From the NCBI GenBank assembly GCA_963968595.1, contig CAXAHJ010000004.1, positions 19,273 to 83,272 on the forward strand: a stretch of DNA of 64,000 nucleotides, given 5' to 3'. The stretch comes from an uncultured Opitutales bacterium. Its GTDB lineage: Bacteria; Verrucomicrobiota; Verrucomicrobiia; Opitutales; Seribacteraceae. The notes beneath the pieces were generated by a model. It did no database searches and had not been told where the DNA came from. It was given only the letters and a program-made list of their open reading frames with translations. Below are positions 17,846 to 27,427 of the stretch, piece after piece. The stretch's first letter is position 1. Each line of letters opens with the position of its first letter. Both the position numbers and the translations under genes were made by a program.

Positions 17846-19408
17846 TCACTCCGGAACAAGGGCTGCTTTCTCGTCGAATGCTCCAGACTTTAAAGTTTTA
17901 GCCCATGTCAGATAGTTAGCGATCTTATCCTCAGGAGCCAAAGTGTCGTCTTGAGCAAAGTCATATAATCGTTCGTAGAGATTAACCTTTAGAAAATTCC
18001 CTAAACGGAGGTTGGCTACCTTATCCCCCATCAAAACGGCCAAAAGAGGACCCATTTCTGTTACTCGAGAATGTTGCTTGCCGAGAGTAACTCGATTGGA
18101 AGCTTCTCGAAACTGTTCTAGGAGCTCGAAAGTTTCAGCATCCTTCAAATCAAGATTGTTGGCGGCAATGCCCAAACGAGACAATTTTTTCAATCTTTTG
18201 ATAGGACTGATGTCGGATACGAAGTTGCCGGAAAGACCCAGCACTCGAAGTTCGTCCAGATTGGCAACAGGTTGAATATCTGTGAAATGATTGTGCTGCA
18301 AATGGAGTTCGCGAAGCGAAGTCAGTTTCCTTAAGGCACGCAAATCACTGAGACGATTTTCGGTAAGGTAAAGGTATTCGAGATTGGTCATGTCGAAAAG
18401 CCCGCGAACATCCGACAAGTGGTTGTCGGACAAGACTAATCTCCGAAGAGAAGTGAAGTCCTTGAAATCGTTAGCGTTCTTTAGTTCATTTGCTCCAAGA
18501 AGTAGAATTTCTATGCTCGGCAAATTAGACATGGAAGAGAGTTCGGTAATTCGGTTCTCGAAAAGATATAATTCTTTCAAACGAGAAAGGCCTTGGAGTT
18601 CGCCGAAGGGATCATGATCACGCTTCCCATTGCCGCTGAAGTCCGAGAAAGGCTCATTGGCATCGAAAGATTTGTTCTTATTCTGATCCTCGTAAGGTTC
18701 TGATGCTCCCAGCTGGTTTCCTTGAAGATGAAGAACTTCTAGGTTTTTGAGTTTTGAAATTCCTTCCAGATCGAGAAGACGATTGTTGGAGGCATCAAAC
18801 ATTCGTAGCGCACTGAAATTGCCAATGCCGCTCAGTCCACGGAGACGGTTGTTCGCGACTCGAAGCTCTTCCAGTTTCCATGGCGCCTTTTGCCGATTTG
18901 CATGAATGCCAACCAACTCGACTTTCAGTGCGTAGTTTTGCAAGGGTGTAAGTCGAGGAGCCTCAGATTCTATTCTTATTTCCTTAATCCGGCTAATCAT
19001 TCTGATACTAGCTAAGAGACCTTCGGAATCCAATTTCTTGAGGTCACGAATACGATTCCCGGAAAGATCCAATCGGCGCAGATGGGCCAATTCCGCAATC
19101 GGAGAGATATCCTCGATATGGTTGTCCCTAAGAACCAGTGAAGTAAGATTTTCCGCTGCTTCAAGACCGGTCAGGTCACGGATGCCGGCTCCATTCAATT
19201 CAAATCGCAAGAGTTTTGCGGCAACCAGTTCCTCGGTCAATTCACCTTGATCCACTTGAAGGGTTCGACTGAGCGCTTCCTCCAAGGCTGGTTCAGGAAC
19301 GAAAAGAGGTTTTGCCTCGAGGTGCAAGGATGCCAAAACTGAAGCACACGCGATTGATAGCACGACCAAACGATTAGCGGACCAATCTCTGAGGGGAAGA
19401 AGAATCAT
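17846..19408 (-). CDS. secreted leucine-rich repeat (internalin-like LRR) protein
   Basis: Signal-like N-terminus (RLVVLSIACASVLASLHLEA) and more than 12 units of about 22 aa: L..L.L..N.I.D(I/L)..(L/I)..L (LTSLVLRDNHIEDISPIAELAH, LRRLDLSGNRIRDLKKL, LEYLYLTENRLSDLRALRKLTS ...). Confidence 0.8.
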   Translation of the reverse strand: MILLPLRDWSANRLVVLSIACASVLASLHLEAKPLFVPEPALEEALSRTLQVDQGELTEELVAAKLLRFELNGAGIRDLTGLEAAENLTSLVLRDNHIEDISPIAELAHLRRLDLSGNRIRDLKKLDSEGLLASIRMISRIKEIRIESEAPRLTPLQNYALKVELVGIHANRQKAPWKLEELRVANNRLRGLSGIGNFSALRMFDASNNRLLDLEGISKLKNLEVLHLQGNQLGASEPYEDQNKNKSFDANEPFSDFSGNGKRDHDPFGELQGLSRLKELYLFENRITELSSMSNLPSIEILLLGANELKNANDFKDFTSLRRLVLSDNHLSDVRGLFDMTNLEYLYLTENRLSDLRALRKLTSLRELHLQHNHFTDIQPVANLDELRVLGLSGNFVSDISPIKRLKKLSRLGIAANNLDLKDAETFELLEQFREASNRVTLGKQHSRVTEMGPLLAVLMGDKVANLRLGNFLKVNLYERLYDFAQDDTLAPEDKIANYLTWAKTLKSGAFDEKAALVPE

Positions 19409-19443
19409 TAGATTTATAAAAGTCGACCGCGATCGACAAAAGT

Positions 19444-22400
19444 TTAGCGAAAACGGGCCACAAGATCCTTTGATTCGACCGAGTCTCCTACATTCACTAA
19501 AATTGCGTCCACAACACCGTCGGCTTGAGCGTAGAGAGTGGTCTGCATCTTCATGGCTTCAAGCACGGCAATCTTGTCGCCCTTTTTAACAGGCTTGCCC
19601 ACACTCGTGGAAATGCTGCTGATCATTGCTGGTATAGGAGCTCCGAGATGCAACAGGTTGGCGGGGTCGGCCTTCTCTCGAGCCTTGGTATCACCCTTGA
19701 CGGAATTGTCGGGCACCAATGTCTGACGTGCCTTTCCATTGAGTTCGAAAGTGAGCACGCGAATCCCCTTTTCGTCAGGTTCGCCGACATGCAAAAGTTT
19801 TATAAAGAGGGTTTTGCCTTCCTCGATTTCAACCGAAATTTCCTCGCCTGGCTCAAGCCCGTGAAAAAAGGCTGTTGTTGGTAAAACGGAAATGTCGCTG
19901 AACTTTGCCCGGAAGGCAACAAAGTCCTGATGCACTTTCGGGTACATGATATGGGAGAAGAGGTCGTCATCACTCAGTTTTCGACCCAACTTTTTGGCAA
20001 TGGCGGCCCCTTCCTTCACGAGATCGAGTTTGGGTACGGAAGCGCCAGGCCGTCCATGGATCGGCTTACGCTTACCCAAGATGGCCTTTCTTACCTTAGT
20101 GGGCCAACCACCGAGAGGTTGCCCAAGATTACCGGAGAGCAGGTCTATGACCGACTCGGGGAAACCGGTTTCTTCGGGGAGATTAACCAAGTCATCAGGC
20201 TTGACACCCTTGGTGATGAGGAAGATAGCGAGATCGCCGACACTCTTGCTGCTAGGCGTCACCTTTACGATATTACCGAGCAGACGGTTTACCTCTCGAT
20301 AGGTTTTTACGACGTCGGGCCAACGTTTGCCCAAGCCAAGAGCGGCCGCCTGCTCGCGAAGGTTGGTGTACTGCCCACCTGGCATTTGATGCTGGTAGAC
20401 CTCGGCGCTCCCAAAGGGGGGCGAACTGTCGAAGGGAGCGTAATACTGTCGGACCGCTTCCCAGTAAATCGAAAGTTCGTTGAGACAATCCAAATCCAGT
20501 TTGGTAGCTCTTGGAGAATTGCGTAATGCATGGGCCACCGAGTTGAGGTTTGGCTGGCTGGTACAGCCCGACATCGAAGAAACTGCCAGATCCACCACGT
20601 CGACACCGGCTTCAGATGCCTTGAGTACGGAAGCCGAAGCGATACCACTGGAGTCGTGCGTGTGAAAATGAATGGGGATACCGACTTCGTTTCGCAAAGC
20701 CTTCACTAGCTTGTAAGCGGCGACCGGATGGCAAAGACCGGCCATATCCTTAATCGCGAGCAAATGGGCCCCCATCTTTTCGAGCTCCTTGGCCATATCG
20801 ACATAATAGGAGAGCAAATACTTCTCTTCCGCTTTGTCCGTAAAATCGCCCGTAAAACAGATGGACGCCTCGCAAAGGGACTTTGTGTGTTCGCTGACGG
20901 TTTCTATGGCCACCTTCAAATTCGGCAGGTAGTTCAGGGAGTCGAAAACCCGAAAAACATCCATCCCCGCCTCCGAGGCGTGAATCACGAAATCCTTTAC
21001 CACGTTGTCCGGGTAATTCGCGTAACCCACGGCATTGGAACCGCGAAGAAGCATCTGAAAGAGGATGTTGGGAATCTTTTCACGAAGGGTTCGCAACCGC
21101 TCGTAGGGACACTCCCCGAGAAAACGCATGCAGGTGTCGAAGGTGGCACCGCCCCACATTTCCAAACTGAATAGTTCCGAGGTTCTCCGCGCAATACAGT
21201 CGGCGACCTTGAGCATGTCGTAGGTGCGCATTCGGGCAGCAAACAAGGACTGGTGAGCATCGCGAAGAGTGGTATCGGTAACCAACAAGCTCTTCTGCTT
21301 ACGTACCCACTCCGAAAATTTTTCGGGGCCCATTTCGACAAGTAAATCCTTAGTACCCTTGGGGATTTCGGATTTGTGATCATAGTCGGGTTCAATCAAG
21401 GGCAAGGGGGCACTGGAACGCTCCCTACCCTTCACTTGGGGATTTCCGTTCACCACGACATCTCCAAGGTAGCTCAACAGTTTGGAAGCCCGGTCTCGAC
21501 GAGGCTTGAACCTGAAGAGGGCCGGCGTCACGTCGATCATCGAGGTAGTCGCCTTTCCCTTGATGAATTTCTCTTGAGTAATGACGTTCTCCAGAAAAGG
21601 AATGTTGGTCTTGACCCCGCGAATACGCATTTCCCGCAATGCCCTGTGCATTCGATCCAAAGCCAGAGGCAGGTTGGGACCCGAAGCCGTTATTTTCACG
21701 AGCAAGGAATCGTAAAAAGGCGTAATGATAGCCCCCGTCTCGCCCATGGCGCCATCGAGTCGCACTCCAAAACCAGCCGCCGACCGATAATTCAGAATCT
21801 TGCCGTAGTCGGGAGCAAAGTCCTTTTCGGGGTCCTCGGTGGTTACTCGGCATTGAACAGCGCAACCGGTGCGGGGGATTTGATCCTGTCGAGGAATAGC
21901 CACTTCCTCTCCATGCAAGGAAAAGCCCTCGGCAATTAGGATTTGAGAGCGTACGATATCTATGCCCGTGATTTGCTCCGTCACCGTGTGCTCGACCTGG
22001 ATACGGGGATTCATCTCAATGAAAAACCACTCTCCCGTATCCATGTCCAAGAGGAACTCGACCGTACCCGCGTTGTCGTATCTTATCCCCTTGGCAAGCC
22101 TCACGGCCGCTCCGCACAGTTCGGCAACCGTGTCATCGGGCAACCCAATGGAAGGAGCAACTTCAACCACTTTCTGGTAGCGCCGCTGGACCGAGCAATC
22201 CCGCTCGTGCAGGTGGACCACATTACCGTGCTTATCTCCAAGGATCTGCACTTCCAAGTGCTTTGCCCGCCTAATGTATCGCTCGAGAAACACGGCGGGG
22301 TTTCCAAATGCTTGATCCGCTTCGTTGCGAGCCTCCTCGAGGGAGGCCATCAAATCCTTTTCTTCCCTCACCACCCTCATTCCTCGACCTCCCCCGCCGA

Positions 22401-22881
22401 AAGCCGCCTTGATAATAAGAGGAAAACCGATCTTCTTGGCCCACTTTCTAGCCTCGGCGGGCTTGACTACCGGGTCGGGTGTAGCCGGCAAGGTAGGCAC
22501 ACCGGCCTGATCGGCAGCCTTGCGGGCAGCTACCTTGTCGCCCATCTGTTCCAATAGTTCGGGCCGCGGTCCGACAAAGGTCAGTCCCGCCTCGGAACAA
22601 GCGTAAGCGAAGGGAGCATTTTCGGAAAGAAAGCCATAGCCGGGATGGATGAGATCCACTCCCTTTTCCTTGGCAATCGAAACAACTCCTTCAATATCTA
22701 GATAGGCGGCTACGGGTCCCTTCCCCTTCCCTACGAGGTAAGCTTCGTCGGCTTTGAAGCGATGAACGCCAAAACGATCCTCTTCGGCGTAAACTGCAAC
22801 TGTACGGAAGTTCAGTTCGGTTGCGCTGCGAAAAACACGCACAGCTATTTCGCTACGATTAGCGGCTAAAATTTTCTTCAT
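19444..22881 (-). CDS. pyc: pyruvate carboxylase (single-chain)
   Basis: 1145 aa. Biotin carboxylase N-terminus (KILAANRSEIAVRVFRSATEL, ATP-grasp GGGGRGMRVV). Central carboxyltransferase (DTTLRDAHQSL, HFHTHDSSG). C-terminal biotinyl site LEAMKMQT. Confidence 0.95.
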   Translation of the reverse strand: MKKILAANRSEIAVRVFRSATELNFRTVAVYAEEDRFGVHRFKADEAYLVGKGKGPVAAYLDIEGVVSIAKEKGVDLIHPGYGFLSENAPFAYACSEAGLTFVGPRPELLEQMGDKVAARKAADQAGVPTLPATPDPVVKPAEARKWAKKIGFPLIIKAAFGGGGRGMRVVREEKDLMASLEEARNEADQAFGNPAVFLERYIRRAKHLEVQILGDKHGNVVHLHERDCSVQRRYQKVVEVAPSIGLPDDTVAELCGAAVRLAKGIRYDNAGTVEFLLDMDTGEWFFIEMNPRIQVEHTVTEQITGIDIVRSQILIAEGFSLHGEEVAIPRQDQIPRTGCAVQCRVTTEDPEKDFAPDYGKILNYRSAAGFGVRLDGAMGETGAIITPFYDSLLVKITASGPNLPLALDRMHRALREMRIRGVKTNIPFLENVITQEKFIKGKATTSMIDVTPALFRFKPRRDRASKLLSYLGDVVVNGNPQVKGRERSSAPLPLIEPDYDHKSEIPKGTKDLLVEMGPEKFSEWVRKQKSLLVTDTTLRDAHQSLFAARMRTYDMLKVADCIARRTSELFSLEMWGGATFDTCMRFLGECPYERLRTLREKIPNILFQMLLRGSNAVGYANYPDNVVKDFVIHASEAGMDVFRVFDSLNYLPNLKVAIETVSEHTKSLCEASICFTGDFTDKAEEKYLLSYYVDMAKELEKMGAHLLAIKDMAGLCHPVAAYKLVKALRNEVGIPIHFHTHDSSGIASASVLKASEAGVDVVDLAVSSMSGCTSQPNLNSVAHALRNSPRATKLDLDCLNELSIYWEAVRQYYAPFDSSPPFGSAEVYQHQMPGGQYTNLREQAAALGLGKRWPDVVKTYREVNRLLGNIVKVTPSSKSVGDLAIFLITKGVKPDDLVNLPEETGFPESVIDLLSGNLGQPLGGWPTKVRKAILGKRKPIHGRPGASVPKLDLVKEGAAIAKKLGRKLSDDDLFSHIMYPKVHQDFVAFRAKFSDISVLPTTAFFHGLEPGEEISVEIEEGKTLFIKLLHVGEPDEKGIRVLTFELNGKARQTLVPDNSVKGDTKAREKADPANLLHLGAPIPAMISSISTSVGKPVKKGDKIAVLEAMKMQTTLYAQADGVVDAILVNVGDSVESKDLVARFR

Positions 22882-22961
22882 TGAAAGACAGGCTATATGA
22901 CTCTTGAGTAAAACGAAAACGGGGGGACTATCGATGGCCTTTCAGCCTAAAGAACTCAACG

Positions 22962-23894
22962 TCAAAATGAAAACCGAGCAACATCCGAATCGAGAATCAT
23001 CCGAAAGCTCTCGAACCACGGATCCACGAATGAAAAGAGTCCAAAGTGATAAATCAACGCCGCAGATGCAAGAAAAGGGCCAAAGGGTACTTCGACGCCC
23101 CATCCGACCTTAGCCTGCTCACCTGATTCATGCCCTTCGGGCCTGACCTTTTCCTGAGCCAAGGCTACGGGCAATAACATAATCGTACCGAGCAAGGCAC
23201 CTCCGAAGATTGTAAACAAGGCGCCTTGCCAACCACAGAATGCCCCGATACATCCAAGCAACTTGACGTCGCCTTCCCCTAAGGCCTCCTTTCCCATCGC
23301 TTTTTCGGCAAGAAGGCCAATCCAATAAAGAGAGGCCGAGCCCACGAGAATCCCAAGCAGCGCATCCAAACCGGATTGAAAATGCTCTAATTTGCCTCCA
23401 ACTTCTACACCCAATCGCATCGCGGGAAAGAAAAAGGCTAAGGCCAAGCCAATCAAGGCACCGCCTATACTGAAACGATCGGGAATGATAAAACTTTCAA
23501 GATCGGTCACAGCCGCCCCAATAAGCAAACAGGCAAACACCGAGCCAATGAGAGCTTTCTCCGGATAAGCCCCGCCACCGAAAGTAAGAACCGCCCATGC
23601 AAAAGCCGCACCAGTCAATGCTTCCACGATCCAATAACGCGAAGAAATCCTCGTGGCGCAGCAAGCTGCCTTCCCTCGCAATAAAAGCCATGAGAAAATG
23701 GGGATATTCAACCACCAGGGAATCGGAACGTTGCAGGATGGGCATTTCGACCCGGGTCTCCACATTGATTCTTCACGGGGAATGCGGTAGGCGCAAACAT
23801 TCAGGAAACTGCCGAAGACGCTTCCCAAGATAAAGGCCCAAACACCGGCAAAAGTCGGGTGTTCTTGGACAAAAGCCGATAACAGGAAATTCAT
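22962..23894 (-). CDS. pilD: prepilin peptidase (A24 family leader peptidase/N-methyltransferase)
   Basis: FGSFLNVCAYRIP, zinc-ribbon-like CPSC...AACC, IPFGP-type and GEGDVKLLGCIGAFCGW aspartyl-protease motifs, and multiple TM segments. Its start abuts the aroE stop with a 0-nt gap. Confidence 0.85.
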   Translation of the reverse strand: MNFLLSAFVQEHPTFAGVWAFILGSVFGSFLNVCAYRIPREESMWRPGSKCPSCNVPIPWWLNIPIFSWLLLRGKAACCATRISSRYWIVEALTGAAFAWAVLTFGGGAYPEKALIGSVFACLLIGAAVTDLESFIIPDRFSIGGALIGLALAFFFPAMRLGVEVGGKLEHFQSGLDALLGILVGSASLYWIGLLAEKAMGKEALGEGDVKLLGCIGAFCGWQGALFTIFGGALLGTIMLLPVALAQEKVRPEGHESGEQAKVGWGVEVPFGPFLASAALIYHFGLFSFVDPWFESFRMILDSDVARFSF

Positions 23895-24806
23895 TTAAGA
23901 GAGTTTTTTTCGAGCGGCCTCAAACATTGCGTCTATGGGAACATCCGTTCCGGTCCAAATAGAGAGGGAGCGAGCCGCTTGGTGAACTAGCATGGACAAA
24001 CCGTTGGTCGCTCGCAAGCCGAGATCTCGCGCCTGCCGGAGCAAGGCGGTCTCCGCTGGATTGTAGACCATGTCGTAGACCTTAACTCCCATCGGCAACG
24101 CGGAGAGATCAAAAGGTGAAGGATCTTCGGGCCTCAATCCGAGAGAGGTCGCGTTGATGACGACGAGGTCACTTTGATGGGCAAATACTGATGATGCTTC
24201 GTCAAAACCGAAAGCCTGCACACTGGCGGCTTCATCGCCCACTTCGGGCAAAGCTGCTAGCAATTCGCCAAGCCGGTGAGACGAACGATTACCGATCCAA
24301 AGCTTGCGACAACCTCGAAGGAGACATTGAGCCGCCGCTGCTCGAGCAGCTCCGCCGGCACCCAGAAGAATCACCTTGGAGCCATCTAGGTCGACCTCCA
24401 ACTCCTCACGAAGGGCTTGCTCCAAACCATAACCGTCCGTATTGAAACCTCGCCATCCGGCGTCACTGGCCATCAAGGTATTGACAGCACCTATGGCTCT
24501 CGCCTCGGCACTCAGCTCAACCACTAAGTCGAGAGCTTGAATCTTGTGAGGAATCGTTAGGTTTAGTCCGCGAAATCCTGCCTTTAATAAGAGAGGCAAC
24601 ACCTCCGACAAACGCTCGGCTTCGACCTCTATGCGCCGATAACGCCATTTCGCGAAGCGGGGATCCGACTTCGCCATTTCGAACAAAGCTGCGTTATGGA
24701 TTGCGGGACTAATGGAATGCCCGATCGGAAAACCGAGAACGGCGAGAGACATTCCCTCTTGGGATATGCCCGTCAAATCTTCAGGTCTTAAGATTTCCTC
24801 AGGCAT
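23895..24806 (-). CDS. aroE: shikimate dehydrogenase
   Basis: VLGFPIGHSISPAIHNAA, LNLTIPHK, NTDGYG, LLGAGGAARA. ATG 24806 overlaps the upstream stop (ATGCCTGA). An alternative ATG at 24752 gives the more usual short N-terminus. Confidence 0.85.
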   Translation of the reverse strand: MPEEILRPEDLTGISQEGMSLAVLGFPIGHSISPAIHNAALFEMAKSDPRFAKWRYRRIEVEAERLSEVLPLLLKAGFRGLNLTIPHKIQALDLVVELSAEARAIGAVNTLMASDAGWRGFNTDGYGLEQALREELEVDLDGSKVILLGAGGAARAAAAQCLLRGCRKLWIGNRSSHRLGELLAALPEVGDEAASVQAFGFDEASSVFAHQSDLVVINATSLGLRPEDPSPFDLSALPMGVKVYDMVYNPAETALLRQARDLGLRATNGLSMLVHQAARSLSIWTGTDVPIDAMFEAARKKLS

Positions 24807-25743
24807 TCGCCTCACGGCGCAAAGCACCATCGAATTCAGAGACGAACCGGAGAAAGAGCCCTGCCAAATCCATATTTCCCGCTTGGCGATAATGCATGGC
24901 CAAATTGCGACAACCCCGACTTAGCGTTTCAGCAACCGTCACGGGGAGCAAATAGGCACCCGACTGAGCCGAAGGGGAGTCGCCCAAGAAAGCTTCCAGT
25001 TCATGTGCCTCTCGGAAACGCCCCCCAGACCAAACATCGATGTAAAAGGGAGGTTCTTCCGTAAAGCAACCGACCATGAAGCGTCCCGGAAGTCCGATCG
25101 GCTCTAGTTCAAAGCCAATGCGGCGGGCCATCAGCAAATAAATGACGGAAAGCGTTATCGGCAAACCTCGACGACGTTCCACGACCTTATGAATAAAGCT
25201 GTTGTCGGGGTCACTGAAATCCTTTGTCGCACCCCTGAAACCATATTCATGAAAAAACACTCGATTCATAATCCGGCATTGATCTCTTGCCGAAATCGGC
25301 GGCGTCATCAATTCTCGACAACGCTCAGACATTTCGTCCAAAAACAAGTGACAGGCAGTTACATCACAGGTTGGAGAAACCGTACGATCCAGTAAAAACC
25401 AGCCCGTTTCTAGTTCATATTTCAGAGAACGAATAAACTCCAAAAAAGCCTGAACACCATCCGCCCAACCCAGTTCATCAAGAAGTTCTCCGGCCCGACT
25501 AGCCAGAGCCGCATCCAATCCCTGCGCGGTCTCTCTCAAAAAAGTCTCTCCGGAACCAGACAGACGCGTCAACTCCTCAAGCAAAGCCTTGTGTACTAAA
25601 GGCGAGTCATCATCAAGAAGACCAAGGAGAGCTTTCGCCCTATCAGGAGACAAAGGATTTTCAGTCACTGATGCAGTTTCGCGCCACTCAGGTTGCCGGC
25701 GCAAGCCTTCATATCGAAGGATTCCTTTGAATGCGGTCGCCAA
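24799..25743 (-). CDS. SirB1/UPF0162-type transglutaminase-like protein with TPR-like C-terminus
   Basis: HEYGFRGATKDFSDPDNSFIHKVVERRRGLPITLSVIYLLMARRIGFELEPIGLPGRFMV matches the Transglut_core2 pattern. The start is uncertain (TTG at 25743 overlaps yggS by 35 nt). Confidence 0.7.
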   Translation of the reverse strand: MATAFKGILRYEGLRRQPEWRETASVTENPLSPDRAKALLGLLDDDSPLVHKALLEELTRLSGSGETFLRETAQGLDAALASRAGELLDELGWADGVQAFLEFIRSLKYELETGWFLLDRTVSPTCDVTACHLFLDEMSERCRELMTPPISARDQCRIMNRVFFHEYGFRGATKDFSDPDNSFIHKVVERRRGLPITLSVIYLLMARRIGFELEPIGLPGRFMVGCFTEEPPFYIDVWSGGRFREAHELEAFLGDSPSAQSGAYLLPVTVAETLSRGCRNLAMHYRQAGNMDLAGLFLRFVSEFDGALRREANA

Positions 25744-26419
25744 ACAAGGCAGAACCGACTCTAACCAAGGTGCTACCCGCTCGGATGGCTTCTTCTATGT
25801 CACCCGACATTCCCATCGACAACTCGGGCAACTCGACTTCGAACGATCCCACCATACGATCACGCAATTGACGAAGGGATTCGAAGCAACTCCGAGCAAC
25901 GGATGGATCCTCGGGAGCAAAGGGAGCGATGGTCATGAAACCTTCGACTTTCAAATTCGAGCAGGAAAGAGCCGCTTCCAGAAAGCCATCCGTTTCTTCA
26001 GGCAAAACCCCGAACTTTGAAGGATCTTTCCCGGCATTGACTTGAAGCAAAACACGCAAAGGACAGTTCGCGTTTGCGGCGACGGCATCCAAACGTCGCA
26101 AGAGCTTCTCCGAATCCACTGACTGAACGCGAGAAAAGTTATTCGGGATGAACTTCGCCTTATTTGACTGGAGATGACCAATCAATTCCCAATTCCCTTC
26201 CTCCGTCACCTCTTCCATCTTTTCCAAGGCTTCCATAACCCGATTCTCTCCAACTGAAGAAAAACCCGCGGCAAACGCTATTCGGGCTGCCTCCGCCGGC
26301 CATGTCTTGGTGACAGGCAACAAGGCAACCTCTTCCGTGGCACGACTACAGGCATCACAAGCTCTCGTAATACGAGCTCTGACCTGACTTAGGTTGTTTA
26401 GAAAAACTTCTGAAGACAT
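25709..26419 (-). CDS. yggS: YggS-family pyridoxal-phosphate homeostasis protein
   Basis: LLPVTKTWP (PLP Lys), GENRVMEA, GHLQSNKAK, LQVNAGKDPSKFG, LSMGMSGD, VRVGSALFG. I prefer ATG 26419 to the ORF opening at 26464. Confidence 0.85.
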   Translation of the reverse strand: MSSEVFLNNLSQVRARITRACDACSRATEEVALLPVTKTWPAEAARIAFAAGFSSVGENRVMEALEKMEEVTEEGNWELIGHLQSNKAKFIPNNFSRVQSVDSEKLLRRLDAVAANANCPLRVLLQVNAGKDPSKFGVLPEETDGFLEAALSCSNLKVEGFMTIAPFAPEDPSVARSCFESLRQLRDRMVGSFEVELPELSMGMSGDIEEAIRAGSTLVRVGSALFGDRIQRNPSI

Positions 26420-26491
26420 CACAAAAAGGATACAATAAGAAAAACGAATATATAGTTGCTTCAAATTAGAATAATTAATTTATAGTCGGCG

Positions 26492-27397
26492 ATGCAAATT
26501 CAGAATTTCAAGACCTTCTGCGACTTGGTCGAAACGAAAAGCTTCTCCAAAGCCGCCCGACTGAACGGAGTGACCCAATCAGCGGTCAGCCAACAACTCA
26601 AGGCGATGGAAATTCACTATGACATGCTGATCATCGATCGCAACCAAAAGAAGTTTCGCCTCACTCCCCAAGGGGCAAAGCTTTATACCACTTTCAAGGA
26701 AATCCTACGGTTGTATGAAAAACTCAACTGTGATTTACAGGAAATGCGGAACATCGTCAGCGGAACCATTCAGCTCGCCACGGTCAATAGCATTGGACTG
26801 CACGAACTGCCCCCCTACCTCAAACGCTTCATGAAGGAGTATCCTTCCGTCAACGTGAGAGTTGAGTATAGAAGAGCCAATCTCGTCTATGAAGATGTTC
26901 TTCACGGATCAGTAGATCTCGGGCTGGTTGCCTTCCCAAACAAGCACAAGGAACTGCAGGTTATTCCTTTCGCCCAAGACGAACTAGTACTAGCAACGCA
27001 TCCCGAACATATCTTGGCGAAGAAGAAAAGCGTCAAGTTGTCGGATCTTCAAGGTCTCGACTTCATAGCTTTCGAGCGGGATATCCCGACTCGTAAGGCA
27101 ACCGATGAAATACTCCGAAAAGCCAATGTCACCATAGGCCTTGTAATGGAATTCGACAATGTAGAGACAGTGAAGCGCGCAATCGAGATCAACGCCGGTT
27201 GCGCAATCCTTCCCGCTAGCACCATCCGCAATGAAGTTGGCCAGAATCAACTGGTTTCATGTAAGCTCAACGGTGGTAAATTCTTACGCCCCCTAGCCAT
27301 AATTCACAAGAAAAACAAACTTCTTACACCCGCGATTCGCTCGTTTGTTGAATTGATGAAAGGTGAGAAAAAAGCATCGTCAAACGACAAGAAGTAG
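26492..27397 (+). CDS. LysR-family transcriptional regulator
   Basis: N-terminal wHTH FKTFCDLVETKSFSKAARLNGVTQSAVSQQLKAME plus a C-terminal substrate-binding fold. It is divergent from the yggS operon. Confidence 0.85.
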   Translation: MQIQNFKTFCDLVETKSFSKAARLNGVTQSAVSQQLKAMEIHYDMLIIDRNQKKFRLTPQGAKLYTTFKEILRLYEKLNCDLQEMRNIVSGTIQLATVNSIGLHELPPYLKRFMKEYPSVNVRVEYRRANLVYEDVLHGSVDLGLVAFPNKHKELQVIPFAQDELVLATHPEHILAKKKSVKLSDLQGLDFIAFERDIPTRKATDEILRKANVTIGLVMEFDNVETVKRAIEINAGCAILPASTIRNEVGQNQLVSCKLNGGKFLRPLAIIHKKNKLLTPAIRSFVELMKGEKKASSNDKK

Positions 27398-27427
27398 AAA
27401 TGCTTCTAGGTTTTCGATAAATGCCAA

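Noticed and set aside
19414-19437. Hairpin GTCGA-N6-TCGAC plus TTTTAT after pyc
   Set aside because: The stem is only 5 bp, and the LRR gene starts 6 nt further on. Not enough support for a terminator call.
26465-26479. ATTAGAATAATTAAT dyad (T-N11-A type) between the LysR gene and yggS
   Set aside because: It fits a generic LysR box, but the whole spacer is AT-rich, so such a match is expected by chance. No second site was seen.
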